Positions 23,416 through 35,160 of a DNA stretch of 64,000 nucleotides are shown here, piece after piece. This stretch comes from an uncultured Clostridia bacterium (GTDB lineage Bacteria > Bacillota > Clostridia > TANB77 > CAG-508): contig CANRSD010000004.1 in the NCBI GenBank assembly GCA_947642355.1, forward strand, positions 225-64,224. Reading direction: 5' to 3'. Every line of letters starts with the position of its first letter. Position 1 is the stretch's first letter. The notes under the pieces are model-generated. The model worked only from the letters and a program-made list of their open reading frames with translations, had not been told where the DNA came from and made no database searches. Position numbers and translations under genes: made by a program.

Positions 23416-24300
23416 TTACCCCTTTATATCAGCTAATTCATTTGTTTTAAATTCAATAATTCTTAATTTAAGTGGCTCTATAATCGTTCTTGAAACTACT
23501 TTAGAAGTATTAAATTTATTTGCAAAAAATCTTGTGATTCTTGTAAAAGCATGTGGCTTTTTTATTGATACTGAAATCCACTTATCCTTTGTTTCCATAG
23601 CTTCTTCTAAAGCCAATCTTTTTCTTTCGTTAATCTTTTTGATTTCTTCTTCAATATTTTTTATTTCTTTTTCAATTCCATTAATTTCAGAAATATTAGT
23701 TTTATTTTTTTCTTGTACTTTCTCAATTCTTTTATTTAACTTTTTTTCTTGTTCTTGTTCTATATCAAAACTATCTTCTAAATGTTTAATATCAGTAAAA
23801 GTAATTTGCCCTTTTTGTTGTTTTTTTAAAGAAAATTTTTCAAATATTTTTTTACTCTTAGCTGTAAGTGCATTTTTTAATTTATCATTTTGTTTTTCCT
23901 TTTCTTTACAATTTTCTTCTGTATTAAAATTTTCTTCTCTAAAAATCTTTCCAATTAAATGGCTTTCTAATTCTACTTTCCTCAAAATTAATTGTTCTAA
24001 TTTAGTATCATAAAAATCACTATATTCTGTTAAAACTGCTTCATATTCTGTCAAAACATCTAATATCTCTCTTTTTATTTCATTATAGTTTTTAGAATTT
24101 TCATTAAATTTTGAATTTATCTTATACATACTTGCTTGTATTGAATTAAGCTCAGAATTAACTTTTCTATTTATAGTTTCTGTTGAAATTTTATCTGTTA
24201 ATGCTCTATTAATAACTGCACTCATTTTTATATTATCAGTAGCTGTTTCAAAAAATCTCTTTAATGCAAATGATGCATACTCTTCATTAATTTTTTCCAT
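23416..24300 (-). CDS. hypothetical coiled-coil protein
   Basis: 294 aa, rich in K, E and heptad-like repeats, with a GGAGG RBS. Confidence 0.5.
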   Translation of the reverse strand: MEKINEEYASFALKRFFETATDNIKMSAVINRALTDKISTETINRKVNSELNSIQASMYKINSKFNENSKNYNEIKREILDVLTEYEAVLTEYSDFYDTKLEQLILRKVELESHLIGKIFREENFNTEENCKEKEKQNDKLKNALTAKSKKIFEKFSLKKQQKGQITFTDIKHLEDSFDIEQEQEKKLNKRIEKVQEKNKTNISEINGIEKEIKNIEEEIKKINERKRLALEEAMETKDKWISVSIKKPHAFTRITRFFANKFNTSKVVSRTIIEPLKLRIIEFKTNELADIKG

Positions 24301-24325
24301 TTTGCTACCTCCTACTTTAAAATAT

Positions 24326-24478
24326 CTATGCTCTTATCCTTTTAGTAATATTCTTACCTTGAGAAAAATCTTTTCCTTTTTGATTTTCTATTTTTTTTAG
24401 TAGTTCTTCTACTTCTGTAATTTTCATATAATCTAAATTATATATTTTACCTTCGTATACAACTGTTCCAAGTTTCAC
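24326..24478 (-). CDS. hypothetical small protein (50 aa, GTG start)
   Basis: Hand-found: GGAGGTG RBS, then VKLGTVVYEGKIYNLDYMKITEVEELLKKIENQ... Confidence 0.3.
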   Translation of the reverse strand: MKLGTVVYEGKIYNLDYMKITEVEELLKKIENQKGKDFSQGKNITKRIRA

Positions 24479-24533
24479 TTTAGAACACCTCCATAATCAT
24501 ATATTTTCATATTATAATTGTCAATATATTTTA

Positions 24534-25499
24534 TTAATATTTAATTTCATCTACTTCTTTTCCATTAATTTTTATTCTAAATGTTCTATAAGAACTTGAA
24601 TTTTCTAAAGTATCTGTATAATACAATACATCTCCATCAACACTTATTTTAGTATTTTCAGTATTTACTTTTACTATTTCCTTTGGATTTTTACCATCTA
24701 AATTAATCTTACAAATCGATTTATTTTCTTTATCTAAATAAAATATTGCTTTATCTGTAATATTAAATGTAGAACAATTTAATTTGTCTGTAACTTTTTC
24801 TTCTTGACCATTTTCTAAATTTACTTTCATCAAGTTTCTATTTTCTTCATTATAATAGTAAGCATATCCATCTAAAACTTGAAATTTTTTTACTAAAATT
24901 TTATCAGATATAATTCCATAATTCTTCGAATCTGTAGTTATTTTATATAAATATCCTGCCTCATCTGTAAAATATACCATTCCATTTTCTACTACAAAAT
25001 CGCCAATTGTTCTAGTTATTACTATGTTTCCATTGTTCCCATTTAAATCAATTCTAGAAATTGTATTAGGATTAGATGTAGAATAATATAAATAATTATT
25101 TTCTAAATACATTTTATTTATGGAAGTAGTCATTTCAATTAAAACAGTATTATCATCACCATTTTGACTTACTTTTCTTAATTCAACATTTCCTTTATTA
25201 GTTGGTGCTAAATAATAAACATATTCATTTACATAACAAAGGCTATATGCTAAACCATCTGTAATTTGATATTCTGTTTTATCCTTTATTTTAATAATTC
25301 CCTCATTCTGTTTTGAATAAAATACATAATTATCTCCAGATGTAACCAAGCCTAAATTAGCAACATTATTTTGCTTTTTTATTTTTATTCCAAAACTCAT
25401 TATTATTAAAACTATCATTAATATTACTAAAATTACAATCATTGTAAAAATAGCAATTTTCTTTTTATTAATCTTTTGTTTATTTCCTTCTTTATCCAT
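24534..25499 (-). CDS. membrane-anchored beta-propeller-like protein (DUF5050-like)
   Basis: 321 aa with an N-terminal TM helix and repeated xYYxxxxxxxIxKxxLDG-type blades. Confidence 0.5.
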   Translation of the reverse strand: MDKEGNKQKINKKKIAIFTMIVILVILMIVLIIMSFGIKIKKQNNVANLGLVTSGDNYVFYSKQNEGIIKIKDKTEYQITDGLAYSLCYVNEYVYYLAPTNKGNVELRKVSQNGDDNTVLIEMTTSINKMYLENNYLYYSTSNPNTISRIDLNGNNGNIVITRTIGDFVVENGMVYFTDEAGYLYKITTDSKNYGIISDKILVKKFQVLDGYAYYYNEENRNLMKVNLENGQEEKVTDKLNCSTFNITDKAIFYLDKENKSICKINLDGKNPKEIVKVNTENTKISVDGDVLYYTDTLENSSSYRTFRIKINGKEVDEIKY

Positions 25500-25513
25500 A
25501 GTAACACTTCCTT

Positions 25514-27238
25514 CTATTCAGATAATTTAAATTCTGAATCTATATTAAATACATAACCATCAATTTCAACAACAGCTATATTTTCGCTAAGATTAACATT
25601 TACTTGAGAACCTTCTATAATAAGGTTTTGCAAATTTTGTATTGTATAAACTTCACCATTATCTTGTGCTACCCTCATTTGATTGCTTATCTCATTTATT
25701 AATTTATTTTTTGCATTTTCCTTTGCATTTTCATCTATATTTTGATTAGGTGTTTGTTGTTCTATAACCGTTGGATTTACATGTTTTCCAATAAGAGATA
25801 ATCTTTCCATTTTATAGTTTATTACCTCATTACATTTTTCTCCAATTTGATTTATAACATTATTAAAATCTTGCTCTTCTAATGTATCTATAAATAGGCA
25901 ATTGGCTTCTGTCAAATCATCTACTTCCACACTCTTAAAATCTATATTAGTTTTGGCATCAGCATTTAAATTAATTTCTGTTGATTTTAATTCCATATTT
26001 GTTTCTATATCATATGCTTCCTCTGAACTTATCAAAGTATTATCTAATGTCAATTTTAAAATAATATCAGAATCTTGAATTACATCCATAATAAAAGTTT
26101 TATTTTTAGACAAGTCCTCAAAAACATTTGAAAAAGTTAAAGAAATTCCATAACCACTATTCAAATCTAAAACAGTAACTGATGTAGAATTAGAAGTATC
26201 TCCATACTCATACTCAAAATCTATTTTAGCACTTTCAGCTAATTGTATTGAAATTTTTAGAGTTTTATCATTATTTACATATAATTTTATTGTATACATA
26301 TTGTTATCATCAATATCTTTATTATATAATTCATTAATAAAATTATCAATAAAAGACTGTGCTATATTTGGTGTTATTCCTAATTCACTATATGTCCCTG
26401 ATAAAATATTTAATAATTCCTCATCTGTTTCAAGTACTTGTAACAATTGAGCTACTACATCTACTAATTTACTTTCATTTATTGTCATTGAATATTCTAT
26501 AACATCTATATTTTCTGTGTTTCTTTGAAGTGTAACTTTTTTTTCTGAAAAACTTGATTCGTCAATATTCTTTTCTAATATATCTACATATTTTTGAACT
26601 ATATTATCTGAAAATGTAATACTACTAAAATCTATATTTGAAATAGTTCTAAAGTCTATCCCCGTAGTATTTGTAATATAAAAATTATCCCCCATTATTT
26701 TTAAAATTACTTCAGATAAATTTTCGTAATTTGATCCAATGTATGTATTAACAATTTCATCAGATTTTACTGCAATTGCATTTTTTGAAGATAAAAACTC
26801 TAAATTAAATAATTCATTATTTGAATAATCTAGAGTTGCAACTGTATAAGATTTATCTTTTGGTACATCTTTTTTTAAATCTATATTAAGGTTAACATTA
26901 TCAATTTTTACTTCTCCACTACTTATATTAAAATCAATTTCAGATTTCATTTCATAACTTTCATTTTTTTGTTTTTGCTCTAAAGAACTATATTCTTCAA
27001 AATTTAAAACACTTTTAAAATTATTACCACATAAATATTTAAAGAAATCCGCCTTTGAGGAAGTCTTATTTTTTAATGTATTTAAATAAAATACAGCTAC
27101 TATTGATAATACTATAAATATTATTAATAATATCAATAATATTGGTAAAAATTTTGACTTTTTTGTTTTTGGCATATTTTTCTTTTTATCATTAGAATAT
27201 GGTTCTTGCATCAAATCTTCAATCAAACTATTTGCCAC
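25514..27238 (-). CDS. hypothetical membrane-anchored protein
   Basis: 574 aa with an N-terminal TM helix. No family recognised. Confidence 0.5.
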   Translation of the reverse strand: MANSLIEDLMQEPYSNDKKKNMPKTKKSKFLPILLILLIIFIVLSIVAVFYLNTLKNKTSSKADFFKYLCGNNFKSVLNFEEYSSLEQKQKNESYEMKSEIDFNISSGEVKIDNVNLNIDLKKDVPKDKSYTVATLDYSNNELFNLEFLSSKNAIAVKSDEIVNTYIGSNYENLSEVILKIMGDNFYITNTTGIDFRTISNIDFSSITFSDNIVQKYVDILEKNIDESSFSEKKVTLQRNTENIDVIEYSMTINESKLVDVVAQLLQVLETDEELLNILSGTYSELGITPNIAQSFIDNFINELYNKDIDDNNMYTIKLYVNNDKTLKISIQLAESAKIDFEYEYGDTSNSTSVTVLDLNSGYGISLTFSNVFEDLSKNKTFIMDVIQDSDIILKLTLDNTLISSEEAYDIETNMELKSTEINLNADAKTNIDFKSVEVDDLTEANCLFIDTLEEQDFNNVINQIGEKCNEVINYKMERLSLIGKHVNPTVIEQQTPNQNIDENAKENAKNKLINEISNQMRVAQDNGEVYTIQNLQNLIIEGSQVNVNLSENIAVVEIDGYVFNIDSEFKLSE

Positions 27239-27375
27239 TTAAAGATCTCTCCTTTTCCTAATTTTTACATTTGTATTATATAATTTATTTTAAAAAATAA
27301 CAATAGTTTTACGTATATTTTTGGAAATTTAAAGCAAAATATTTATAGATAAAATTTAACAAATGGAGGTTATTT

Positions 27376-27813
27376 ATGGAAAAAACTGCAAAGGCTTTAA
27401 ATGAACTTTTATGTGACTTAAATGTATTATTTACAAAACTACAAAATTATCATTGGAATGTTACTGGAAAAGATTTCTTTGTTATACACAAACAATTAGA
27501 AGAATATTACGATTGTGTTTCAAAAGAAATTGATGAAGTAGCAGAACAAATTGCAACTTTAGGATATCAACCACTTGGAACTTTAAAGGATTATTTAGAA
27601 AACTCTCAAATTTCTGAAGCTTCTAATCTAAAAGTAAAACCTGAATCAATCATACCTATCCTTATAAAAGATTTTGAAATTCTTTTAAGCAAATTTACTC
27701 AAATAAAAGAACATTGTGATAATGAAAAAATTTATATCACATCTTCTCTAATGGATGAATATTTAAGTAGTTACAGCAAAAAATTATGGATGATAAAATC
27801 TCTCACAGTTTAA
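27376..27813 (+). CDS. dps: Dps-family DNA protection / ferritin-like protein
   Basis: 145 aa: LQNYHWNVTGKDFFVIHKQLEEYYD, with a GGAGG RBS. Confidence 0.85.
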   Translation: MEKTAKALNELLCDLNVLFTKLQNYHWNVTGKDFFVIHKQLEEYYDCVSKEIDEVAEQIATLGYQPLGTLKDYLENSQISEASNLKVKPESIIPILIKDFEILLSKFTQIKEHCDNEKIYITSSLMDEYLSSYSKKLWMIKSLTV

Positions 27814-27828
27814 AACTTGTGAGAGATT
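27797..27828. terminator. bidirectional hairpin terminator (dps / sigma-serpin gene)
   Basis: Arms aatctctcaca and tgtgagagatt, followed by a T-run. The dps stop codon lies in the loop. Confidence 0.6.
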
Positions 27829-27835
27829 TTTTAAT

Positions 27836-29442
27836 TTATTCTACAATATCTAATATATCTACACTATCTACATTTAACGCCATATATGGATTAGTCCTAT
27901 CTTCTTCTTTTAAAAACAAACAAAATTCTCTATCAAAATTAAATTCTTTTCCTACTTCTTCTACAGAACATTTTAATGTTTCTATCATTCCTTCACTTTT
28001 CAAACTTCCGCCCTACATCATTTAATTCAAAATCAACTGTTTGCAAAGCTTGTCTTATATATATATCTGTACCTTTTATCATTCTACCACATAGTTCATC
28101 ATAATTTATTTCACTACTTACTTTTATAAATGGTATTTTTAAAGTATCATTTTCTTCAAGTTCCCTATTTCCTTTATATTCCTTTTCTTTTTCTATTATT
28201 TCATTATATATATCTTCAAAAGATTTTCCTTCTGCATTTGTCCTATATAATATTACTTCTTCTCCTTCTTTTGTTCTAAGCTTAACTCCAAAATCTTCTT
28301 TTGAGTTATAAAATAAAACATATACATTTTTCTCAGCATCTCTTACTGTACTAGCATCTAATCCAAAATATTTTACTTTTTGAGTAGAATCTCCAAATGT
28401 TTTATCTGACAACACTTGAAATTTTTCCAAATAATTAAATTCTTTTTTTAACATTGAATATAAAACATATGAATATGGATTTCCCCAGTCAACTTTATCT
28501 AAAATCTTACTTTGTTCGTTAAATTTTTGATATATTTCATTTTCAATCTTCTCTTTTAACTCAAATGTTGATTCTCCATGAATTTTATAATATGAATTTT
28601 CTGAAATATCATTTTCTTTAAATTTCTGCTTATTTAAATCATTAGCCATTCCGAGAATATCCATCTTCAAATTCAATATTTCCTCCAACAACATCATTCA
28701 TAAAATCATTCCAAGCAAGCTGAAATGTTCCTACCCATATCCTATTACTATCCATATTAGAAATTTTTCCATTAAATGATGGAATTATTTTTGGTTTTGA
28801 TTTTTCTATAACTCTTATTGTTGCATAAACAATTCCAGAAGAAACAACTAAAATCAATAGAGTAAACACTAACAATCTTACTATTTTATTATTCTTCATT
28901 TCTACAACCTTCTCCTCTATTAATAATTTCCTTAATTTCGCTTTTGCTCTATGTGCTAAATTTTTTATTTGACTTACCGTTTTATTCATTATCTTTGCAG
29001 TATCTTTATAAGATAAATCTTCAATAATAGTAAAATAAATTACCATTCTATACTCATATTTTAGACTTTTAAAAACCTTTTTTATTTTCTCTTTTTTTTC
29101 ATCTTCAAGAATTATTTCTTCTAGCAATTCTTCTTCAACATATAATTCTTCTCCACTTAATACTTCCATTCTTTTTTGGTTTCTTATATAGTTTAAAGCT
29201 CTTGATTTTGCAATTATATATATGAATGTTTTAAATGAATAATCAAAATTATAAATTTCCTTTTTAGATAACAAATATACTACTATATCCTCAAAAATAT
29301 CTTCTGATGTTTCTATATTTTTTACATATCCAAAAATAAAATATATAATATTAGACTTATATTTCATAATTAAATTTTCAAAAGATGCTATATCTCCATT
29401 TAAAAACTGCTTATATAAAACTTTATCTTTATCTGAACTCAT
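27836..29442 (-). CDS. sigma-70 (ECF-like) domain fused to a TM helix and a serpin-like domain; needs +1 shifts at two in-frame CGG codons
   Basis: Sigma regions 2 and 4 are at the N-terminus, and there is no stop before the TM segment KIVRLLVFTLLILVV. CGG at ccg 28651-28653 gives EFEDGYS-G-MANDLNKQKF. CGG at ccg 28008-28010 gives DFELNDVG-G-SLKSEGMIETLKCSVEEVGKEFNFDREFCLFLKEE, which is serpin RCL-like. The product is 534 aa. Confidence 0.65.
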
Positions 29443-29538
29443 TTGTAGTTTTTACTCCTTTTGATTTATATTAATTATACACAAAACTTATAAAAAAGTT
29501 TTCAAAAAACAAAAAACTTTCATAATTTATATGAAAGC

Positions 29539-30432
29539 TTAAATAACTAAAATATTAAGTAATCCTATAATAAAACCCAAAATTCCACCCAAACTTACTA
29601 TTGCATTTAATTCTTTTTTCATAACTTTTAATATTAATTTCTCAAGTTCTAAAACACTCATATCATTTATCTTTTGCTCTACTACTTTAGAAATATCAAA
29701 ATTTGCAAGCAATTTATCTATATTTTCATTTATCAAATTTTTATACAATTTAGAAATTACTTCTCTTATTTTTTCTTCATCAACTTGCAATTTATCAAAT
29801 ATTTCTGAAATTTGCATTTCTTCTATATTTAAAATTTCTTTTTCAGAAATATTAAATATTACATCTTTTCCATCATTTTGAATATAATTTTCTATTTTAT
29901 TTACAATAACTTTTGAAATATTATTTAACATATTATCTGTTATAAATATTTTAATCAAAGGATTTTTTACTTGTTCTTTCACTGCTATACTTGCCTCTTT
30001 AGAAATAATATATGCTAAATTCATATTTAAAATAGCTTTTCTTACCTTATCATAAATTTCTTCTTTTAAACTTAATTTAATATTATCATACTTATTTTGT
30101 TCAATATAAATTTTCAAAAATTCTTTTATTGTTTTATTATTCTCATTTAAATATTTACTAACACTATTTAACAAAGATTTTTCTATTTCCTCTGATAATA
30201 AAATTTTTTTAATATCTTCTTTTGTAAATAGCTCATTTCCTACAGCAGAGCCAATTGCTTTTGCTATTTCTGGTTTTCTTTTTGGAACAATTCCTGGTGT
30301 AAAAGGTATTTGTTTTTTTCCAATTTTTATAGGATTAATTGGTCTAAATAGCATCTTTATAGCAAGATAATTTGTTCCAAATCCGATTAGTGCTCCTATT
30401 GCTGGACCTGTTATAATTTGTATAAGTTCCAT
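29539..30432 (-). CDS. DUF445-family membrane protein
   Basis: 297 aa: GALIGFGTNYLAIKMLFRP...IPFTPGIVPKRK. Confidence 0.7.
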   Translation of the reverse strand: MELIQIITGPAIGALIGFGTNYLAIKMLFRPINPIKIGKKQIPFTPGIVPKRKPEIAKAIGSAVGNELFTKEDIKKILLSEEIEKSLLNSVSKYLNENNKTIKEFLKIYIEQNKYDNIKLSLKEEIYDKVRKAILNMNLAYIISKEASIAVKEQVKNPLIKIFITDNMLNNISKVIVNKIENYIQNDGKDVIFNISEKEILNIEEMQISEIFDKLQVDEEKIREVISKLYKNLINENIDKLLANFDISKVVEQKINDMSVLELEKLILKVMKKELNAIVSLGGILGFIIGLLNILVI

Positions 30433-30587
30433 TTCTTGTCCCCCTCCTATTATGAATATTATAAAATTTTTATTTAGTTGTCAATGGAAGATTTATTTAT
30501 AATTATTATAAAACATACTTATAACTAGAAAATTTCAATGCTGTCGAAAAAGAAAAAAAACTTTTTTAAAAAATTTTAAAAAAAGTA

Positions 30588-30616
30588 TAGACAGTAAGCA
30601 TTTTTAAGTGTAAAAT
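30588..30616 (+). promoter_or_regulatory. candidate promoter of spoVS
   Basis: TAGACA - 17 nt - TAAAAT. Confidence 0.35.
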
Positions 30617-30666
30617 AATTGCATATTGAAACACAAGAAAAATTTAAAAATAGTAGGAGGAAAAAA

Positions 30667-30930
30667 ATGGAAGTGTTAAAAATTTCATCAAAATCAAACC
30701 CAAATTCAGTTGCAGGAGCAATAGCAGGGCTTGTAAAAGAAAGTACAAGAGCAGAAATGCAAGCAATCGGTGCAGGAGCATTAAATCAAGCAATTAAAGC
30801 AGTTGCAATAGCAAGAGGTTTCGTAGCACCAGCAGGTGTTGACTTAATATGTATCCCAGCTTTCGCTGAGGTTCAAGTAGAAGGAGAAGACCGTACAGGT
30901 ATAAAATTAATAATAGAATCTAGAAAATAA
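30667..30930 (+). CDS. spoVS: stage V sporulation protein S
   Basis: 87 aa: MEVLKISSKSNPNSVAGAIAGLVKE...AIGAGALNQAIKAVAIARGF. Confidence 0.9.
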   Translation: MEVLKISSKSNPNSVAGAIAGLVKESTRAEMQAIGAGALNQAIKAVAIARGFVAPAGVDLICIPAFAEVQVEGEDRTGIKLIIESRK

Positions 30931-30944
30931 AATATTATATAAAA

Positions 30945-30970
30945 AAGGCACCTGATAATTGGTGTCTTTT
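30945..30970 (+). terminator. hairpin terminator after spoVS
   Basis: Arms aaggcacc and ggtgtctt, followed by T residues. Confidence 0.55.
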
Positions 30971-31075
30971 AAATTATAATCAAGTGCACAGTACTACACA
31001 AAAACTATACCATTTGTGCTGAATACACTAGCAGAATTTATAATAATATAAAAAAACAAATCATTTTACATAATA

Positions 31076-31104
31076 TTGACTTTTATGTAAATATGCTATA
31101 TAAT
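31076..31104 (+). promoter_or_regulatory. near-consensus sigma-A promoter
   Basis: TTGACT - 17 nt - TATAAT. This places the transcript start downstream of the first ATG of the tracked ORF. Confidence 0.6.
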
Positions 31105-31143
31105 TTTAATGTAAATTACGACTTTAAAGAAAGGATGGATAAT

Positions 31144-31557
31144 ATGGAAGAACGGATTGTTTCTACCTCATTTGTAGGAATTACTGTAGCAGTAATATCA
31201 AAAACTAACAACTGTGATATTAGCATACACATTCCTCAATCGTTGATACCCAAATACGGATTTGAAAATTACTGTCCTCAAAAATTTCGCCTTAAAGTAA
31301 AATTGGATAAAACCTTTGAAGATGATTTAAAAATAAAAATATCAAAAAAACTATATCCTACAGATAGGTATGGTTTTATACAAACATCTAAAAGTACTAA
31401 ACTAAAAACCAATTTTACTGGAAACGGCTATTCTGGATATATCGAACTTTATCCGAAAGCATACTTTTCAAACCAACGTATTCAAAAAATTCAATTGGAA
31501 AAAGAAAAGCTTTTAAGGCGAGCAAACAAAAAGTCCATCTTAACCGCTATTTTCTAA
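31144..31557 (+). CDS. hypothetical protein
   Basis: Start chosen at MEERIVS, behind an AAGGATGG RBS. Codon 4 is an in-frame CGG (31153-31155) that must be read in the 0 frame for the ORF to continue. Confidence 0.45.
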   Translation: MEERIVSTSFVGITVAVISKTNNCDISIHIPQSLIPKYGFENYCPQKFRLKVKLDKTFEDDLKIKISKKLYPTDRYGFIQTSKSTKLKTNFTGNGYSGYIELYPKAYFSNQRIQKIQLEKEKLLRRANKKSILTAIF

Positions 31558-31580
31558 AAACTGGCGGACTTAATTGAAAA

Positions 31581-31616
31581 GAAGCAGACTGACATTTCCA
31601 CATGTCAGTCTGCTTC
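31581..31616. terminator. bidirectional perfect hairpin terminator
   Basis: 15-bp perfect arms gaagcagactgacat and atgtcagtctgcttc, between convergent genes. Confidence 0.75.
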
Positions 31617-31619
31617 TTA

Positions 31620-34182
31620 TTATTTTGTAAGCCATTTTATTAAATTCATATTTTCACTATCTAATAACATATTATGTTTTGGCATTACTCTAAATGTATA
31701 ACCAAAATTTCCACCAGTTGGAAGTTCTATTGTACCTTCATAGCATAATTTTCCGATTTTCCTCTTCTGCAACTTTTTTCATCTCTGTAGTATACACATT
31801 TTTTACACTACCATTTTCTAAAAACTGTCCAAAATAAACTTGAACATTTGCACTATTTTCATCTATACCTGCTAAATTAACTTTACATTTTACTTTTATT
31901 TTACTACCAGCTACTAACTTAGCATTATCTATATTCTCTTCTTGTTCTATTACTATAGACTCCCAAGCAGCTTTTATCCTCTTTTTCCATTCAGTATATT
32001 CTATAACATTATTCAAGTCTGTAAAATATTTCTTCTCTAAATTACAAAGTGGCATATACAAATCATCAACATAATCTACTACTTGTCTTGCCATACTATA
32101 TTTTCCACCAGTTGTCTTTATAGAATTCTTCATAAGTTTAATCCAATCTTTTGAAAGTCCATTTCTATCTTGATTATAATATGTTGGTATAATTTGATTT
32201 TCTAAAATATGATATATACTATTACTATCTGCTTTATCTTGCTCTTCTTCATTAGTATATTCCATATCAGTACCTATAGACCAACCATTTGTACCATCAT
32301 ATCCTTCTGCCCACCAACCATCTAAAATACTGAAGTTTACTACACCATTAACAGATGCTTTCTCTCCTGAAGTTCCAGAAGCTTCCATTGGTCTTCTTGG
32401 ATTATTAAGCCATACATCCACACCACTTACCAAGTATCTTGCTATTCCAATGTTATAATTTTCAAGTAAGAAAATCTTACCTTTAAATTGTGGCATTAAT
32501 GAAATTTCATGTATCATTTTTATTAGATCTTGCCCTTCTTTATCTGCCGGATGTGCTTTCCCTGCAAATACTAATTGAACAGGTCTATTTTCATCACATA
32601 ATATTTGTGTAAGTCTTTCAATATCTTTAAATATTAATGTTGCTCTTTTATAAGTAGCAAAACGTCTTGCAAATCCTATTGTTAATGCCTTTGGGTTTAA
32701 ATTATTTACTACTTCTGATATTTGATCATACCCTACTCCATTGTTTAAAAATCTAGTAGTTATATTTTCTCTAATTAATTTTATTAATCTTTGTTTTCTA
32801 CCTAGATGTGCTTCCCACAATCTTTCATCAGGTATATCATCAACTTTATCCCAAGTTGATTGAAGATGTATTTTATCTTGCCAATATGGTGGTAAATAAT
32901 CATTGTACAATTCTTTAATCCTTGGTGCAAGCCATGAACAAGTATGTATACCATTTGTAACATATGTTATAGGAGATTCATCTTCTGCAATATTAGGCCA
33001 AACATCACTAAATAATTCACTTGAAACTTCTCTATGTAATTTACTTACACCATTTTTCTTTCCAGAAATTTTAAGAGCCAATATTCCCATATTAAACCCT
33101 TGCTCTAATCCTTCTGTTTCTTTCATTCCAAGAGATAAAAACTCTTCTCTAGATAATCCTAATTTTGGCCAGAATTTCTTAAAATATCTTTCTACTAAAT
33201 CTATATTAAATATATCATTTCCAGCTGGAACTGGTGTATGTGTTGTAAATACAGTACAAGCTGTTGCCATTTCTTTTGCAATATCAAATGATATTTGTTT
33301 TTCTTTCATAAAGTTTTCTATTAACTCTAATGTTAAGAAAGAAGAATGTCCTTCATTCATATGATAAACTGTTGGCTTATATCCTAAAGCTTTTAGGGCT
33401 TTTACTCCACCCATACCAAGAACTATTTCTTGACGAATTCTCATATCTTTATCTCCGCCATATAGTCTCAATGTTGTATCTTTTAAATCATCTGGATTTT
33501 GGTCAATATCAGCATCCATTAAATATAATTTAATTCTTCCTACTGTTATTTGCCATAATTTAATATATATTTTTCTATCTCCCATATCAACATCAATAAT
33601 AAGCTCTTCATTATTTTCATCCTTAACTGGAAGTATTGGAAGATTATATAAATCTATATTATGATATTCACTACATTGTTCTCCACGAATATTAATTTTT
33701 TGATGAAAATATCCATTTTTATATAAAAGACCAACTGCAACAAACGGAATCCCTAAGTCACTTGCAGATTTTAAATGATCTCCTGATAATATTCCAAGAC
33801 CTCCTGAATATATTGGAACTACTTCATCTAATCCATATTCAGCAGAAAAATATGCAATCATATCATCTTTATTTTTAGGATATTTTTTATTAAACCATGT
33901 ATCTTTACTATTTATATACGCTTCAAAATTTTCTACTACTTTATCATATTTCTTAAGAAAATTTGGATCTTCAGCCATTTTTTCAATTCTTTCTTGGCTT
34001 ACTAATTTTAAAAATTTAACAGGATTTTTTTCTACTTTTTCCCATAAATCAATATCAATTTCTAAAAACAATCTTAAAAACTCTGTATTCCAAGACCACC
34101 ATAGATTGTTTGCCATTTCAGGTAATTTTCCAATTCTATCAGGTAATTGTGGAACTACTGTAACTCTATTGAATATATACAT
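31620..34182 (-). CDS. alpha-glucan (glycogen/maltodextrin) phosphorylase family protein; needs a +1 shift at an in-frame CGG
   Basis: CGG at ccg 31753-31755. The 0 frame ends after RKIML. The +1 reading adds G-KLCYEGTIELPTGGNFGYTFRVMPKHNMLLDSENMNLIKWLTK, and the stop then abuts the terminator. The product is 853 aa. Confidence 0.85.
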
Positions 34183-34364
34183 ATATATTCCTCCTTTGTA
34201 TTTTTATACTCTTATGTTCATATATTATATTATCCTTTATAATTATTTTTTTGTCAAACCCTTTTTAGGTAAATTTTAGAAAAATTTTTTTATAAAAAGT
34301 TATATTTCTAAAAGTATAATCATAAATTTAATTAAATAATATTTTTCTTATATGAAAGGACTAT

Positions 34365-35157
34365 GTGATATTTATGAAAGAAAAAATTTTTAGAATGTTT
34401 TTTACATTTTTAATCATTGGAATTGTACTTTTTCAATTTACTTTTCTATCAAAAGCAAGTACTGAACTTTCAAATAATTTATTAGCTTGGGGTCTTAAAA
34501 GAAATGAAAATCATGCTCAACCTACGCTTGATGCAAATTCATTAAAAATTTTAAATGAATTTAATCGGTATATCTATGGGAAACTCTGAAAAAAATTACA
34601 TTTATTTAACTTTTGATATGGGATACGAAGCAGGTTATACAGCACATATTTTAGACGTACTAAAAGAAAACAATGTAAAAGCACTATTTTTCATAACTGG
34701 ACACTATTTAAATACTCAAGAAGAATTAGTAAAAAGAATGATTGAAGAAGGTCATGCAGTTGGAAATCATACTGTTAATCATAAAGCTTTAACTACTTTA
34801 TCAGATGAGCAAATAAAATCTGAAATAATGACTTTGCATAATGCTCTTTATGATAAATTAGGATACGAAATGACTTATTTTAGACCTCCAAAAGGTGAAT
34901 ATAGTCAAAAAGTATTAAGTATTGTAACAGGCTTAGGTTACAAAACTGTTTTATGGTCCAGTGCATATGATGATTGGGATGAAAATAAACAAGGACGTGA
35001 AGAGTATGGAAAGAAAAAAATTTTAGATAATCTTCATAATGGATGTGTTTTACTTCTTCATGCTACTAGTAAAGATAATAGTAATATTCTAGATGCAGTA
35101 ATAAAAGAAGCTCAAAATATGAAATATGAATTTAAGAGTATAGATGAATTTGAATAA
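34365..35157 (+). CDS. polysaccharide deacetylase, PdaA-like; needs a +1 shift at an in-frame CGG
   Basis: CGG at 34566-34568 gives LNEFN-G-ISMGNSEKNYIYLTFDMGYEAGYT. An alternative ATG start is at 34374. Confidence 0.8.
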
Positions 35158-35160
35158 AGA

